From Methanomassiliicoccaceae archaeon (lineage in GTDB: Archaea; Thermoplasmatota; Thermoplasmata; Methanomassiliicoccales; Methanomassiliicoccaceae), in assembly GCA_963728405.1 (NCBI GenBank), contig CAVSJV010000007.1:1-64000 (forward strand): DNA of 64,000 nucleotides, read 5' to 3'. The notes under the pieces were generated by a model. It made no database searches. It saw nothing but the letters and a program-made list of their open reading frames with translations, and was not told the DNA's origin. The translations under genes were made by a program, and so were the position numbers. Within the stretch, counting starts at the first letter, position 1. The number at the start of each line of letters is the position of its first letter. Positions 42,380 through 52,872 of the stretch are shown here, one piece after another.

Positions 42380-44994
42380 TGAACCGCTCTGATGCAATTC
42401 TAGGATCGAGGAAGAAGCTAGACCCCAGGGATTTCGAGATCGTGCCCCAGGCGGCCGAAGGAGGCTGCGGCGTCGTCGGGCTCGCCGCCTCGAAGCCGGT
42501 CGAAGGGAAGCATATTCTCCAGCCGCTGCAGCAGATGCACAACCGCGGCAATGGCAAGGGCGGTGGCATATCCGCGGTCGGCCTGATCCCGGAGCAGCTG
42601 GGCGTCGACCGGAAGACCCTGGAAGAGCACTATCTCATCCAGGTGGCCTATCTCCAGGACTCGGTCCGAAAGGAGCTGGAGGAGTTCATCCACGAGCGGT
42701 ACGATGTCGCCTCGAGCCACCAGGTGTCGACCAGCTCGGACCCGGTGCTGTTGGCGCGCCTAGAGGTACGCCCACCGACGGTGGTCAGGTATTTCTGCCG
42801 GGCCAAGAAGGCCAGACTGGACTCTTTCATCGCCGAGAACAATCTCCAGGACCTCGATGAGGGGCAGGCCGAGGACGAGTACGTCTACCAGACCAGTTAT
42901 CTGATCAACCTGAAGTACTACGCGAACTCGACCATGACCGCGTTCGTCATGTCCCAGGGACGGAACATGCTGATCATGAAGATCGTTGGCTACGCCGAGG
43001 ACGTCATCCTGTACTACAACATGGAGGACTTCAAGGCGAACATCTGGATCGGGCACCAGAGATTCCCCACCAAGGGTCGGGTATGGCATCCCGGCGGGGC
43101 CCACCCCTTCATGGGGCTGGATGAGGCGCTCGTCCACAACGGGGACTTCGCCAACTACCATTCCGTATCGGAATACCTGGGCCAGAAGGGGATCAAGCCG
43201 CTGTTCCTCACCGATACCGAGGTATCTATCCTGCTGTTCGACCTGCTCAACCGGGTCTATGGCTATCCCCTGGAGTACATCCTGGAAGCCTTGGCACCGA
43301 CCACCGAAAGGGACTTCTTCCAATTGCCGGCGGAGAAGCAGAGCATCTATCGGGCGATCCAGTCGACCCATCTGCACCGCTCCCCCGACGGCCCCTGGTT
43401 CTTCATCATAAGCCGGAACGACCACTACAACGATCGCCTACAGCTGATCGGCATCACCGACACTTCGATGCTCCGGCCCCAGGTGTTCGCCCTGGTCGAA
43501 GGGGAACTGCAGATCGGGCTGATCGCATCGGAGAAACAGGCCATCGACTCCGCCTTGGAGAGCCTGGCCAAGATGTACAAGACGCTGCCGCTGCAGGCGG
43601 ACGTGTATTGGAACGCCAGGGGCGGAAGCCACACCGACGGCGGGTCGTTCATCTTCACCCTGGGCAAGGATGTGCCCGGAAAGGGGAGACCGCTGACCTG
43701 CACCAACAAGTTCGGCGCGAAGGTCGCCGTCCCGGGCAACGATTTCGACATGGCCAAGGACGCCGTCATGGCCGGGGCCCTGTCCAAAGCGGCTACCTCC
43801 GCGCTAGCCGACAAGATGCTGGCCGGAAGCCTCGAGGAAGGTTTCAAGGCCTGGACCGAGGCGGTCGCCCGCGGCTCTCCACAGGAATTGATGGACGCCA
43901 TGTCGGCGTTGTCCACGCAGGCCGAGAGCGCCGCCGGTTGCGAGAAGCGGCTGGCCCTGTTATCCCTGGCGCTGGACCGCCGATACCCGACCGGAACACT
44001 GCGCCGGAGCCGCATACTGACCCAGCTCAACAACGCCATCGCGCATATGGTGAGGTCCTCGCCCCGCATTGAGTCAGGCAAGGCATCCAGTATCGCCTTG
44101 CTCGACCTGCAGAACTACCGCTCGATCGTCGCTCCTCGGCCCGGTCAATGGGCCCTGGCGATCGATTGCGATCGTTTCCCCATGGAGGGCGAAGAGGGAG
44201 TTTCGCACGTCATCTGCCGCGCCGCCGAACTGGGATGGCAGAAGGTCATCACCGTCGGCACGCAGGGGCAGCGCTTCTTCGGTTGTGGTCTGGGCCCCCG
44301 TTCGAACGGTCTCGAGATCGATGTCTACGGCAGCTCCGGGGACTACCTGGCCTCGGGGCTGGACGGAGCCTCGATCACCATCCACGGCAACGGGCAGGAC
44401 CAGCTCGGTCAGATATTGGCCTCGGGAAAACTGGTCGTCCACGGCGATGTGGGTCAGACCTTCATGTACGGCGCCAAGGGCGGCAACATCTTCATCCGCG
44501 GCAACGCCGCGGGAAGGCCGCTGATCAACGCAGTAGGGAAGCCCCGCGTTATCATCAATGGCACTTGCCTAGACTATCTGGCCGAATCCATAATGGCCGG
44601 TGACCCGCTCAACGGCGGGGGATTCGTCGTGCTCAACGCCCTGAGCTTCGATGCAGAAGGCCGCGCCCATGATCTGGCCGAGCCGTATCCGGGCGGCAAT
44701 CTGTTCTCCCTCGCTTCCGGCGGTGCGATCTATGTCCGCGACCCGATGGACAAGGTAGGCGAGGACCAGCTCAACGGCGGTCGTATCGTCCGGATGGGGG
44801 AGAAGGATTGGGAGATGCTCCTTCCCTATCTCAGGGAGAACGAGGCGCTCTTCGGCATATCTATCGAGAACGACCTTCTCATGAAGAACGGCTCCCCGGT
44901 CCGCCCGGAGGAGATGTATAAAAAGGTCGAGGTGGTGCCGATCGCCAAGGCCGCCCCCCAGGTGGCCGAGGTGGCTGACGACGACGCGAACTGA
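42379..44994 (+). CDS. Glutamate synthase class II glutamine amidotransferase domain fused to the GXGXG beta-helix (GltB1+GltB3)
   Basis: EGGCGVVG (Ntn Cys), RGN, HQRFPT, GAHPF, VHNGD, TDTEV, DGP, LRP, ASE, and C-terminal G-rich repeats (GSSGDYLASG, GDVGQTFMYGAKGG). TAATG overlap with the upstream gene. Confidence 0.92.
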   Translation: MNRSDAILGSRKKLDPRDFEIVPQAAEGGCGVVGLAASKPVEGKHILQPLQQMHNRGNGKGGGISAVGLIPEQLGVDRKTLEEHYLIQVAYLQDSVRKELEEFIHERYDVASSHQVSTSSDPVLLARLEVRPPTVVRYFCRAKKARLDSFIAENNLQDLDEGQAEDEYVYQTSYLINLKYYANSTMTAFVMSQGRNMLIMKIVGYAEDVILYYNMEDFKANIWIGHQRFPTKGRVWHPGGAHPFMGLDEALVHNGDFANYHSVSEYLGQKGIKPLFLTDTEVSILLFDLLNRVYGYPLEYILEALAPTTERDFFQLPAEKQSIYRAIQSTHLHRSPDGPWFFIISRNDHYNDRLQLIGITDTSMLRPQVFALVEGELQIGLIASEKQAIDSALESLAKMYKTLPLQADVYWNARGGSHTDGGSFIFTLGKDVPGKGRPLTCTNKFGAKVAVPGNDFDMAKDAVMAGALSKAATSALADKMLAGSLEEGFKAWTEAVARGSPQELMDAMSALSTQAESAAGCEKRLALLSLALDRRYPTGTLRRSRILTQLNNAIAHMVRSSPRIESGKASSIALLDLQNYRSIVAPRPGQWALAIDCDRFPMEGEEGVSHVICRAAELGWQKVITVGTQGQRFFGCGLGPRSNGLEIDVYGSSGDYLASGLDGASITIHGNGQDQLGQILASGKLVVHGDVGQTFMYGAKGGNIFIRGNAAGRPLINAVGKPRVIINGTCLDYLAESIMAGDPLNGGGFVVLNALSFDAEGRAHDLAEPYPGGNLFSLASGGAIYVRDPMDKVGEDQLNGGRIVRMGEKDWEMLLPYLRENEALFGISIENDLLMKNGSPVRPEEMYKKVEVVPIAKAAPQVAEVADDDAN

Positions 44995-45143
44995 TCGCCC
45001 GCCTTCTTACTGAAACCTCTTATCCATATTCTTTATTCAAGACCGTTATTGGTCCGTGATGTCGATCCCATCGGCCCTAGGCCCATATTGGCCGTCCCAA
45101 CCGCCATCATAGATCGGGCAGTGCCACTGAGGAACATTTATGG

Positions 45144-46706
45144 GTGGCTTTGTGCCATAGATGTCGTTCTGTGCGTAGAAAATTCATTCCCTTATTCCTT
45201 GTGATGTTGTTGGCTGCGTCACTGGTCCTGACCGTTCTGCCTATGGCATCACTCGCCGCCGATCCTCCTGCAACTCACGTCTTCATCTCCGAGGGAGCCG
45301 AGGAATCGACATACGACCAGTGGGATGCACAGTGGGAACGGTACGACGCCAACAACAACTCGGATAGCGATTACTGGTGCCGGACCACCCATAACGTCCA
45401 TGGTGGGGACCGCGCCATCTATTGCGCCAGGGTCGGTTACAACAGTCACTATATGATGCCGGTAAAAATGGGGGATGGCTCCACGGCCAACACGCAGCCA
45501 TGGAACGTGAACATCACCGGTCTCCCGGCCAATGCCACGCCCTCCAGCTTCGTTTATCGCTACGATACCGGCCAGGACTCCATCATGCGGAAGAACTTGG
45601 TCGGCGCCTCCTACTATGGCCAGCTGACAATGACCTTCTGGTTCTGGTCGCAGACCGGTGCTTCCGACGCAGTACAGCCCGGTTCCAACCTCTCCGTGGG
45701 TTACGATTTCCTCAATGCTGTTTATTACACTGGCAGCGGGGATGGTCTGGTGAAGCATGTACTATGGACCGATTCCTACGCCCAGGCGACCGCCCGATCA
45801 TGGACCTCGGTGACCATCAGCGTGCCCAGAAATGCGACCATGGTGGCCTTCGAGTTCGTATCCGGAACCAAGGCCCCGGCGGGAGGGGACGGCCTTGACC
45901 GTTGGTCCGCCGATCGGGTCAAGGTAGTTAACGACGGCATGCTCGAGGGCGTCTATCTGGATGACATAACGCTCAGCGGCACGGACCCGCTGCCGGTCAT
46001 CCCCCTGGCTACCGCCGTGGAGGCCCTGGGGCCCCTGCAGAACGACCATTACTTCCCGGTCAGCTATTCCATCAACGAGCCGACGGCGCCCATGGCCTAC
46101 ACCTACTTGTTTTACCGCCAGAGCGATAGCGGGCCCTGGACCCAGTACACATCAGCGTCCAATCCCGACGGCAGGTTCTATGACGGCCCCATCATGTTCC
46201 TCGCTCCTAGCGATGGCCATTATGAGTTCTTTACTCAGGGCTTCGACCAGACCGGTACTTCGGAGGACCTGCGCAACACCCCCGACACCACCACGACCGT
46301 AGATACGCTGGCTCCGATCACCTCCCTGGCCGTCAACGGGGCCATTCTGTCCTCTGGAGACTACAGTGCACCCATATCGTTCACTCTCGATCCCATCGAT
46401 GAGGGTTCGGGGGTGAACGCCACCTCCTACCGGATCGACAATGGCCCTTGGACCCGCTACAATGGTTCGGCGGTGGTCCTGAGCAGCGTGGGCTCTCATG
46501 TGGTCCAGTACTACTCTACCGACCTGGCCGGGAGCGCCGAGGCGGTCGAGACCAAGGAGCTCCGGATCAGCTCCTCGGGGGCCGTGGCCGGGACCGGCCT
46601 GTTCGGCCCCATTGGTAACAACGAGTTCCTCCTGATCGGGATCGCGGCCATGGGCGTTGTGGCCGTAGGTATCGTTGTCGCGGCGAAGCGCCGCAAGGGC
46701 TCTTAG
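45144..46706 (+). CDS. Secreted cell-surface protein with an Ig-like domain and C-terminal TM anchor
   Basis: Signal peptide, DTLAP.T..DEGSGV..T.YRIDNG.W..Y..G.H.VQYYSTD.AG..E Ig-like motif, and a TM helix followed by KRRK. Confidence 0.8.
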   Translation: MALCHRCRSVRRKFIPLFLVMLLAASLVLTVLPMASLAADPPATHVFISEGAEESTYDQWDAQWERYDANNNSDSDYWCRTTHNVHGGDRAIYCARVGYNSHYMMPVKMGDGSTANTQPWNVNITGLPANATPSSFVYRYDTGQDSIMRKNLVGASYYGQLTMTFWFWSQTGASDAVQPGSNLSVGYDFLNAVYYTGSGDGLVKHVLWTDSYAQATARSWTSVTISVPRNATMVAFEFVSGTKAPAGGDGLDRWSADRVKVVNDGMLEGVYLDDITLSGTDPLPVIPLATAVEALGPLQNDHYFPVSYSINEPTAPMAYTYLFYRQSDSGPWTQYTSASNPDGRFYDGPIMFLAPSDGHYEFFTQGFDQTGTSEDLRNTPDTTTTVDTLAPITSLAVNGAILSSGDYSAPISFTLDPIDEGSGVNATSYRIDNGPWTRYNGSAVVLSSVGSHVVQYYSTDLAGSAEAVETKELRISSSGAVAGTGLFGPIGNNEFLLIGIAAMGVVAVGIVVAAKRRKGS

Positions 46707-47113
46707 GATGGCATTATGTAAAAAACGACTGGCCCGGAGGGCCTAAAAAGTTTCCTGACTATGCCGACATGCCTCTCCTTTGTAAGAAGACGTAAGATAG
46801 CAACAGCGCTACGATCGTAGAGGCAAACCTCACCACACGGACACACCAACATCGGGGACGCAGGTGCCCATTATGATCATCCTATCCCCGCCCCCCCCAT
46901 CGTGATCGTACCACCCACTGGATACGGGACCGGGGTGATGTCCGCGATCACACCGCCGGCGAACGATATGATGAACCAGGGGGCACATCCCTCACGCTCA
47001 ATACCCCAGTGACGATGCTGAAGATGAACAGGAACAGATCCTATCGGATTCAAACGCCTGGATCTGGGGGTGGCCGGGGTCGGATGGGCTTGGAGGCCCA
47101 ACCCATGCGTTCC

Positions 47114-48033
47114 TCAGCCGAGCCACTGGGGGTTGTGGTAGGTGCTGTCGTGGATCCGGGTCGTTTTGTAGCGTTCATACGCCCCCTTCGACGCAGCCTG
47201 GGCGGTCCGAGCGAGGATGGCCGCGGTCTCCTCCGTCGTCATCGGGTGGAAGGTACGGGCTGCTGTGAGCGCCTGCTCGAGCACCTCCATTGAGTCGCAG
47301 CCGGTGATCACGACGCTGGTCGGAAGGTTCATCGCATAGTGCAGGCACTCGATAGGCGTCACCGTCCCGCTTTCCAGAATGACCCGGTCGCCCATTGCCT
47401 TCATCCCGAGGACGCCGATCTCGTCCCTTACGAGGGTCGGCAAGATCCTCTCTTCGAAGCTCTCGAAATGGGCGTCCATCACGTTCAGCGGCATCTGGAC
47501 CGTATCGAAGCGGAAGTGGTGCTCGTCCGCTGTGCCAAGCATCTTTGGTGGACATCGGGTCCTTGTGCCCGGTGAACCCGATAAAGCGGACCTTGCCCCC
47601 ACCCGGGCCTCCAGACGCGCCTCCAATGCGCCGCCTTCGGCAAAGATCCGTTCTGGATCTTCGGCCTGGATACCTCGTGGAACTGGAGCAGGTCTAGACG
47701 TCGGTCTGCAGCCTTTTCAGCGATTCGTCGAGCTGGCTCGCCGCCGACCTCTTGTTCCGGCCGTCGATCTTGGTCATGAGGAACGACACGCTCGCGGTAC
47801 CCGTCACGGAGCGCCTTGCCCATGCGGATCTCGCTCTGCCCAGCGTTATAGTCCCAGCTATTGTCAAGGAACGTGATCCCAATGTCGATCGCCGTGCGGA
47901 CGATGCGGATGCTCTCCGCCTCCCCGATGTCCGGTTTTCCGATATGGTGTCCTCCCAGGCCGATCGCCGAGACCTTCTCCCTGGTCCGTCCGAGCATCCG
48001 GCGCGGAACACCACCTTCTTTTGAATTAGCCAT
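47114..48033 (-). CDS. Aldo/keto reductase (multiple frameshifts)
   Basis: RRMLGRT..VSAIGLGG, GITFLDNSWDY..G.SE..MGKAL, FLMTK, LDESLKRLQTD, FDTVQMPLN, MKAMG. Confidence 0.9.
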
Positions 48034-48239
48034 ACTGTTCACTCTCCTCTCTGTTTATGAGCGATTGATGGAGGGATGCGATGTATTTTTCGTCCAGGTC
48101 ACCGAAGTTGCCCAGTCGCACGGAAGGTCGACCATAATCCTTCCGGCCCAGGACCACTTTGTTGGTCCGACGAGGGCATTCTTGACGAGTAACTGTATGG
48201 CAGTGTGGTAAGGGACGCTTGCCCCACGGTCTGACCCCT

Positions 48240-49057
48240 GCGGGTTCCAGTCGTTCAGCCTAACGATGACGTCACCCAATTTCAGCCCGGCCGCCTCTGC
48301 CGGCCCCTGCCTGGTGACCTAGGAAATGAAGGCACCACAGGTGTCCGGAAACCGGAAGTGATAGGTCATGCGCATGTCCACATCGTGAGCGGTGATGCTA
48401 AGCCAGGCCCACCGGACCTTGCCGTGCTAGATCAGCTGCTGAGCGATGGACTGGGCCAGTTTGATAGGGATGGCGAAGCCCATGCCTTCCGCGTAGGGGA
48501 TCTGTGTTACGGTGATGACCATTAAATCTCCATCCAGGTCCACTAGCGGACCGCCGCTGCTTCCTGGGTTTACAGGAGCATCGGTCTGTATCACCGGGAA
48601 TCCATCTCTTCGCCCCATAATCAGGTTCCGGCACAGGCAGCTGACGATGCCAGAGGTGACCGAAGGCCCCCCCCGAAAGACCTAGGGGATTGCCGATGCA
48701 CAGGATGGGCTGCCCGACCCGGAGCTCATCGGAGTCACCCATCTCGGCCTGCGGCATTGATGAACCATCTATTCTTACCACGGCGATGTCCACGGTGGGG
48801 TCGCTTCCGACAACTTCGCCAGTATGCGCCGTGCCATCATTCGCCAGGACCATGATCCGATCCGCCTGGGCCACCACGTGGGCATTGGTGAGGATGTGCC
48901 CCTTTTCATCCAGGACAATGCCCGAGCCGCCCCATCTCCTTGAGTGGGGCCCGCAAGGATGTCCGCAGGAGCCTGCCGCCCTCACACTGACGGCGCTCTT
49001 ACTGGCCTTGGCCACCGCTTGGATGTACTTCTGCTTATATTCCGAAAGCAGTTTCAT
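48240..49057 (-). pseudogene. HtrA/DegP serine protease with PDZ domain, disrupted
   Basis: GSGIV..ILTNAHVV, DIAVV, IGNPLGL, IQTDAPVNPGSSGGPL, GFAIP, GPAEAAGLKLGDVI; frameshifts plus in-frame TAG at 48427-29 and 48319-21. Confidence 0.85.
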
Positions 49058-49196
49058 CGGCTTTTGATGACCCTTGGAGGATATGTCGACCAGTTGGCCG
49101 CCTAGCCGGTCACAATCGGTGCCTGGCCCCTTTAATTTACCAATATATCATGCTCAACCTCAACCACCGAGCGAGCAATTTGAAGATAGAGCTAGT

Positions 49197-50321
49197 TCAG
49201 TCCTCTCTCCACTTAAACAGTTTCACTGCGGCCACCAAAACTATGACCGTGATCACTGCGACGACGGCCAGGTCGATCAAGGCTGCTGTGTTGTTATCAT
49301 ACACCATGACGTTGTTCAATCCTTCGATCACGTAGAAAGCGGCAGTACTGTGGGCGAGGGTCTGCAGGTACTGGGGCATGATGCTTATCGGGAAGAAAGT
49401 GCCCGAAAGGAACATCATCGGGAACGTCACGATGTTCCCCACCACGCCCGCGGTCTCGGGGTCCTTAGACACCGTTCCGACCAGCATGCCCATCGCTGCG
49501 AAGAGCATGGGACCTAATATCAAAAAGGGTAGGATCCACCATGTCAGGGTTATGTGCGCTCCGAAGGCCAGCACGCCTACGGTGACCATGAGGACAAAGG
49601 AGATCGCCGAGAGGACGATGTACCAGAGCACCTTGGATACCAACCACTCCATCTTGGTCAGCGGGGTCAAGCTTAGTTGCTTGAACAGCTTGGTCTTCTT
49701 GTAATTGGAGGAAATGTTCACCAGTGAGAACATTGGACTGACCAGTATCGAGAACCCGATGAGCCCCGGGATCAGGAAGTCGATGTATTTGGTCTGCTGG
49801 GTGTTGACCGTGGTCTGCTCCGTGCCTATAATGACGGTCCCGTTGAAGCGTTCCAGGTTAAACAGGTTCGCTACGCCAGTGACCGTTCCCGACACAATGC
49901 TACTGCTACTGGATGCGGGGTTGCCGTAGACGGTGACATTGACCTGATGTGCGGCGATGTAATCCCTGGAGAAATTGGCGGGAATGACGATCCCGTCCGA
50001 GGCCGAATGGTCCGAGAGGTACTTCGCGAAATTCTCCGAGGGGTCCACCATTACGACGTTGAGCGTACCCGAGCTGTTAAGCGCGCTCACGAATTGGCTG
50101 GCCACATCCATCTGCGGTGAAAGGAATGGGCCGGTGTCCTCGTTCTGGACGTAAACCGTGGTCGTCCCAGTAGAGTTACCGGAGAAGATCGCGCCGAATA
50201 TCAGGATAAGGATGATCGGAAACACTAGACCGAAGAACAGCCCCACCCGGTTCCTCAGATATCCCCGGCTGTACACCTTGAAGTCCGCGATGGTTCTCTT
50301 GCCGCTAACTCTGCTAGCCAT
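49197..50321 (-). CDS. ABC-2 type exporter permease
   Basis: FFGLVFPII, YIDFLIPGLIG, FPMMFLSGTFFP..MP. Confidence 0.92.
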   Translation of the reverse strand: MASRVSGKRTIADFKVYSRGYLRNRVGLFFGLVFPIILILIFGAIFSGNSTGTTTVYVQNEDTGPFLSPQMDVASQFVSALNSSGTLNVVMVDPSENFAKYLSDHSASDGIVIPANFSRDYIAAHQVNVTVYGNPASSSSSIVSGTVTGVANLFNLERFNGTVIIGTEQTTVNTQQTKYIDFLIPGLIGFSILVSPMFSLVNISSNYKKTKLFKQLSLTPLTKMEWLVSKVLWYIVLSAISFVLMVTVGVLAFGAHITLTWWILPFLILGPMLFAAMGMLVGTVSKDPETAGVVGNIVTFPMMFLSGTFFPISIMPQYLQTLAHSTAAFYVIEGLNNVMVYDNNTAALIDLAVVAVITVIVLVAAVKLFKWRED

Positions 50322-51285
50322 GCTCAGCGCTCCGATCGGTTTCCGGATCGGCCGTCATCGGGGCCGATGTGATCTCTCCCTTTTCGTTCACAGCTCCGCT
50401 TACGAGCTTGACGAACACATCGTCGAGGCTGTCCACCCGAGTACGGATCTCGCCCCACGCCATCTTCGAACGCTGAGCCGCATCCAGCGCCACCAAGGCG
50501 TCGGTCTTCTGCTCGAGCAGAACGCTGATCACACCATTACTGAACTCCACATTGAGCTTGGTGTTCGTTTTGATATAGTTGGCCAGCTCCTCGCTTCCGC
50601 CAATTTCCAACCGCTCCCCTGAGCCGTGTTGCTTGATGATCTCCTCCGAGGTCCCCCGGGCCACGATGCGCCCGTGATTCATGATGGCCACCCGGTCGGA
50701 GAGCTGTTGTGCTTCGTCCAGGTAGTGGGTGGTCAGGACTATCGTCTTGCCTTGGGCCCTCAATCCCCTGATCACTTCCCATATCGCCCTTCTCGCGTTC
50801 GGGTCAAGACCGGTGGTGGGCTCATCGAGGAACAGCAGGTCGGGAGAATTCACGAGTGAAAGGGCCAGGCCGGTCTTCTGTTTCTGCCCTCCCGACAAGT
50901 TCTCAAAAAGTGTGTTTGCGGAATCTTCCAGCAGGACCGCTCTAAGGATCTCATCCGGATCCGTTTTTCTTCCGAAGAGACGTGCATAGTAAATTATGGC
51001 CTCCCGCGGACTGGTCTTATCGAAGAACGTGAACTCCTGCGGGATGACGCCTATCTTCCCATGCAGTTCGTAACCGTGGTCCCAGGGGTCCAAACCCAGG
51101 ACTTGGGCATCTCCACCATCTTTTTTCCGTAGGCCCTCCAGGATCTCTATGGTGGTGGTCTTGCCTGCCCCGTTGGGGCCGAGGAGCCCGAAGACCTCGC
51201 CTTCGTTAATCGTGAAGGAGATATCGTCTACTGCTTTTACATCGCCGTAGTACTTCTTTAGGTTGGTAACTTCAATGGGCTTCAT
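50314..51285 (-). CDS. ABC transporter ATP-binding protein
   Basis: GPNGAGKTT, LSGGQKQK, FLDEPTTGLDP, TTHYLDEA. Confidence 0.95.
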   Translation of the reverse strand: MKPIEVTNLKKYYGDVKAVDDISFTINEGEVFGLLGPNGAGKTTTIEILEGLRKKDGGDAQVLGLDPWDHGYELHGKIGVIPQEFTFFDKTSPREAIIYYARLFGRKTDPDEILRAVLLEDSANTLFENLSGGQKQKTGLALSLVNSPDLLFLDEPTTGLDPNARRAIWEVIRGLRAQGKTIVLTTHYLDEAQQLSDRVAIMNHGRIVARGTSEEIIKQHGSGERLEIGGSEELANYIKTNTKLNVEFSNGVISVLLEQKTDALVALDAAQRSKMAWGEIRTRVDSLDDVFVKLVSGAVNEKGEITSAPMTADPETDRSAEHG

Positions 51286-51489
51286 CGGCGGTCACTGCGG
51301 GTTTTTGGCATATCCATTTCTAGGCGCACACAATTGACTTGGCCAAGATTGACACAAGTAGGGAGATATACTTTTGGACTCTAGATTCTTCAATATTGTT
51401 GCTCATAAATAATGGGTTGAAGCGAATAAGGATGGGCCCGATGGCAGAACATGTGAATTGTTTTCAAAGATGGAATTGTAGGAAATAGT

Positions 51490-51600
51490 TAATGGTGGGC
51501 CCGTCCAGATTGCCCATCTTGGCTGGCAAGTAAGTTGATTGCTTTGGTCAATAGCGGCCTTCCGAGCAATTTGAGCCTGTTACCGTAAATCCTCTCACAC
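51490..51600. repeat. ~105-bp dispersed element, copy 1: tRNA-Val/Ile-like 3' end plus conserved tail
   Basis: taatggtgggcccgtccagatt (reverse complement aatctggacgggcccACCA), 35 nt, then gtcaatagcggccttccgagcaatttgagcctgttaccgtaaatcctct. Homologous to 63611..63716. Confidence 0.75.
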
Positions 51601-51747
51601 TATTCTTATTTAGCTTTAGAAAGAAGTGGTGGCCAGGAATGGCCAGGGCCAAGGCTTGTAAGATGATTGGTGCCAAGTGACGTGGAAGGGGTCTAGGCGC
51701 TAGATCCCATCCTTTCATGGAGAAGAACGAATGGCCCGTCGATGACA

Positions 51748-52308
51748 TTACCTGCTGCGTCGGAGCGCGTTACCGTTATGTCGCGTTCGTCCCATTTGTT
51801 GAAGGCGGCGTTGACGTCCCTTCGGGTCTGTGGTGGGCGTTGGCGTGCTGTTAGAGGGTGGCGATGAGTTGTCCGGTGTCGGAACCGACGGAGCCGTGAC
51901 CGGCACTGTGGTATTGTCCAGTGTTGTTGTTGGGGGTGTTGTTACCGACGAATTTACTGGAGAGGTTGTGTCATTGCTGGGTGATGATCGGGGAATGTTG
52001 CTCGGTGTCGAAGCCGATGGAGTTGTGACCGGCGCTGTGGTGTTGCTAGCTGACGATTGAGAATTATCATTCGGGGTTGTTATCGAAGGCGTCGTTATCG
52101 GGGCCGTTGGGACGTTGCCAGATGACGGTTGTGAACTATTGCCCGTATCCGCTTGGGTGGGGTCCGGACCATTCGGTGCCACGTTCACATCCGGGTTCGA
52201 ATGGTCCGATACCAGCGCCCATCCGATACCAGCGGCCGTTACCGCTCCTATCATAGCGATGATGGTGATGGCAAGCCAAGGGCTGTTCAATCGTATTGGC
52301 ATCCTCAA
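51748..52308 (-). CDS. Membrane-anchored Thr/Pro/Ser/Asn-rich protein (probably truncated or frameshifted)
   Basis: N-terminal TM helix and imperfect repeats (N.TAPVTTPS..TP.N); the frame shifts near 51820. Confidence 0.65.
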   Translation of the reverse strand: MRMPIRLNSPWLAITIIAMIGAVTAAGIGWALVSDHSNPDVNVAPNGPDPTQADTGNSSQPSSGNVPTAPITTPSITTPNDNSQSSASNTTAPVTTPSASTPSNIPRSSPSNDTTSPVNSSVTTPPTTTLDNTTVPVTAPSVPTPDNSSPPSNSTPTPTTDPKGRQRRLQQMGRTRHNGNALRRSR

Positions 52309-52872
52309 TGCCCTCCTTCCGACGTTGGCCAGGGTACCTCATCTTAGTTATAGCTAACCCTCCGCCCCTTCCCCATCGTCGCCCTGTAAAGATGGTCGAG
52401 TTGATCTAAACCCCTGCAGTCATGGAAAGTTCAGTGTTGGTCGAGGTGTTAGGACCAATACTGGCATGATCGAGGTAGCAACCATAACATAAACCTTCAC
52501 GAGAGGTCGGTCATGGTACTTCGTTGACCTCAGAAGCCTCGTCCTTTGTTAGGTGCCGGTTGAGGCCGAGGGGCCCTCTGGGAGTTTGTTGTAGGACTGT
52601 TCAAATTATCTTTGCAAAGGATGCCTGAGCTGCCTTTGTCCAATGGAGTAAAAAAGGCCGAAGACCGAGGCCGAGGAAAGGGCGGATATTAAAAAAGAGA
52701 TAGCATACCCCGAGGCGCGGTCCAACGCGGTCTTTGAGGGCAGGATCACAAGAAAGCCCACGAAATGATCGAACAGTACGGATCGTCCACTTTCGGAGAG
52801 CTCTAAGGGGAATCGGTTCTTGATAGCTCGGTCCTCGCTTTCATTATTCCCGTCCTCCCATGCTATATTAAA

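Noticed and set aside
51830-52120. Tandem DNA repeats as a regulatory array
   Set aside because: They are imperfect coding repeats of a Thr/Pro-rich linker.
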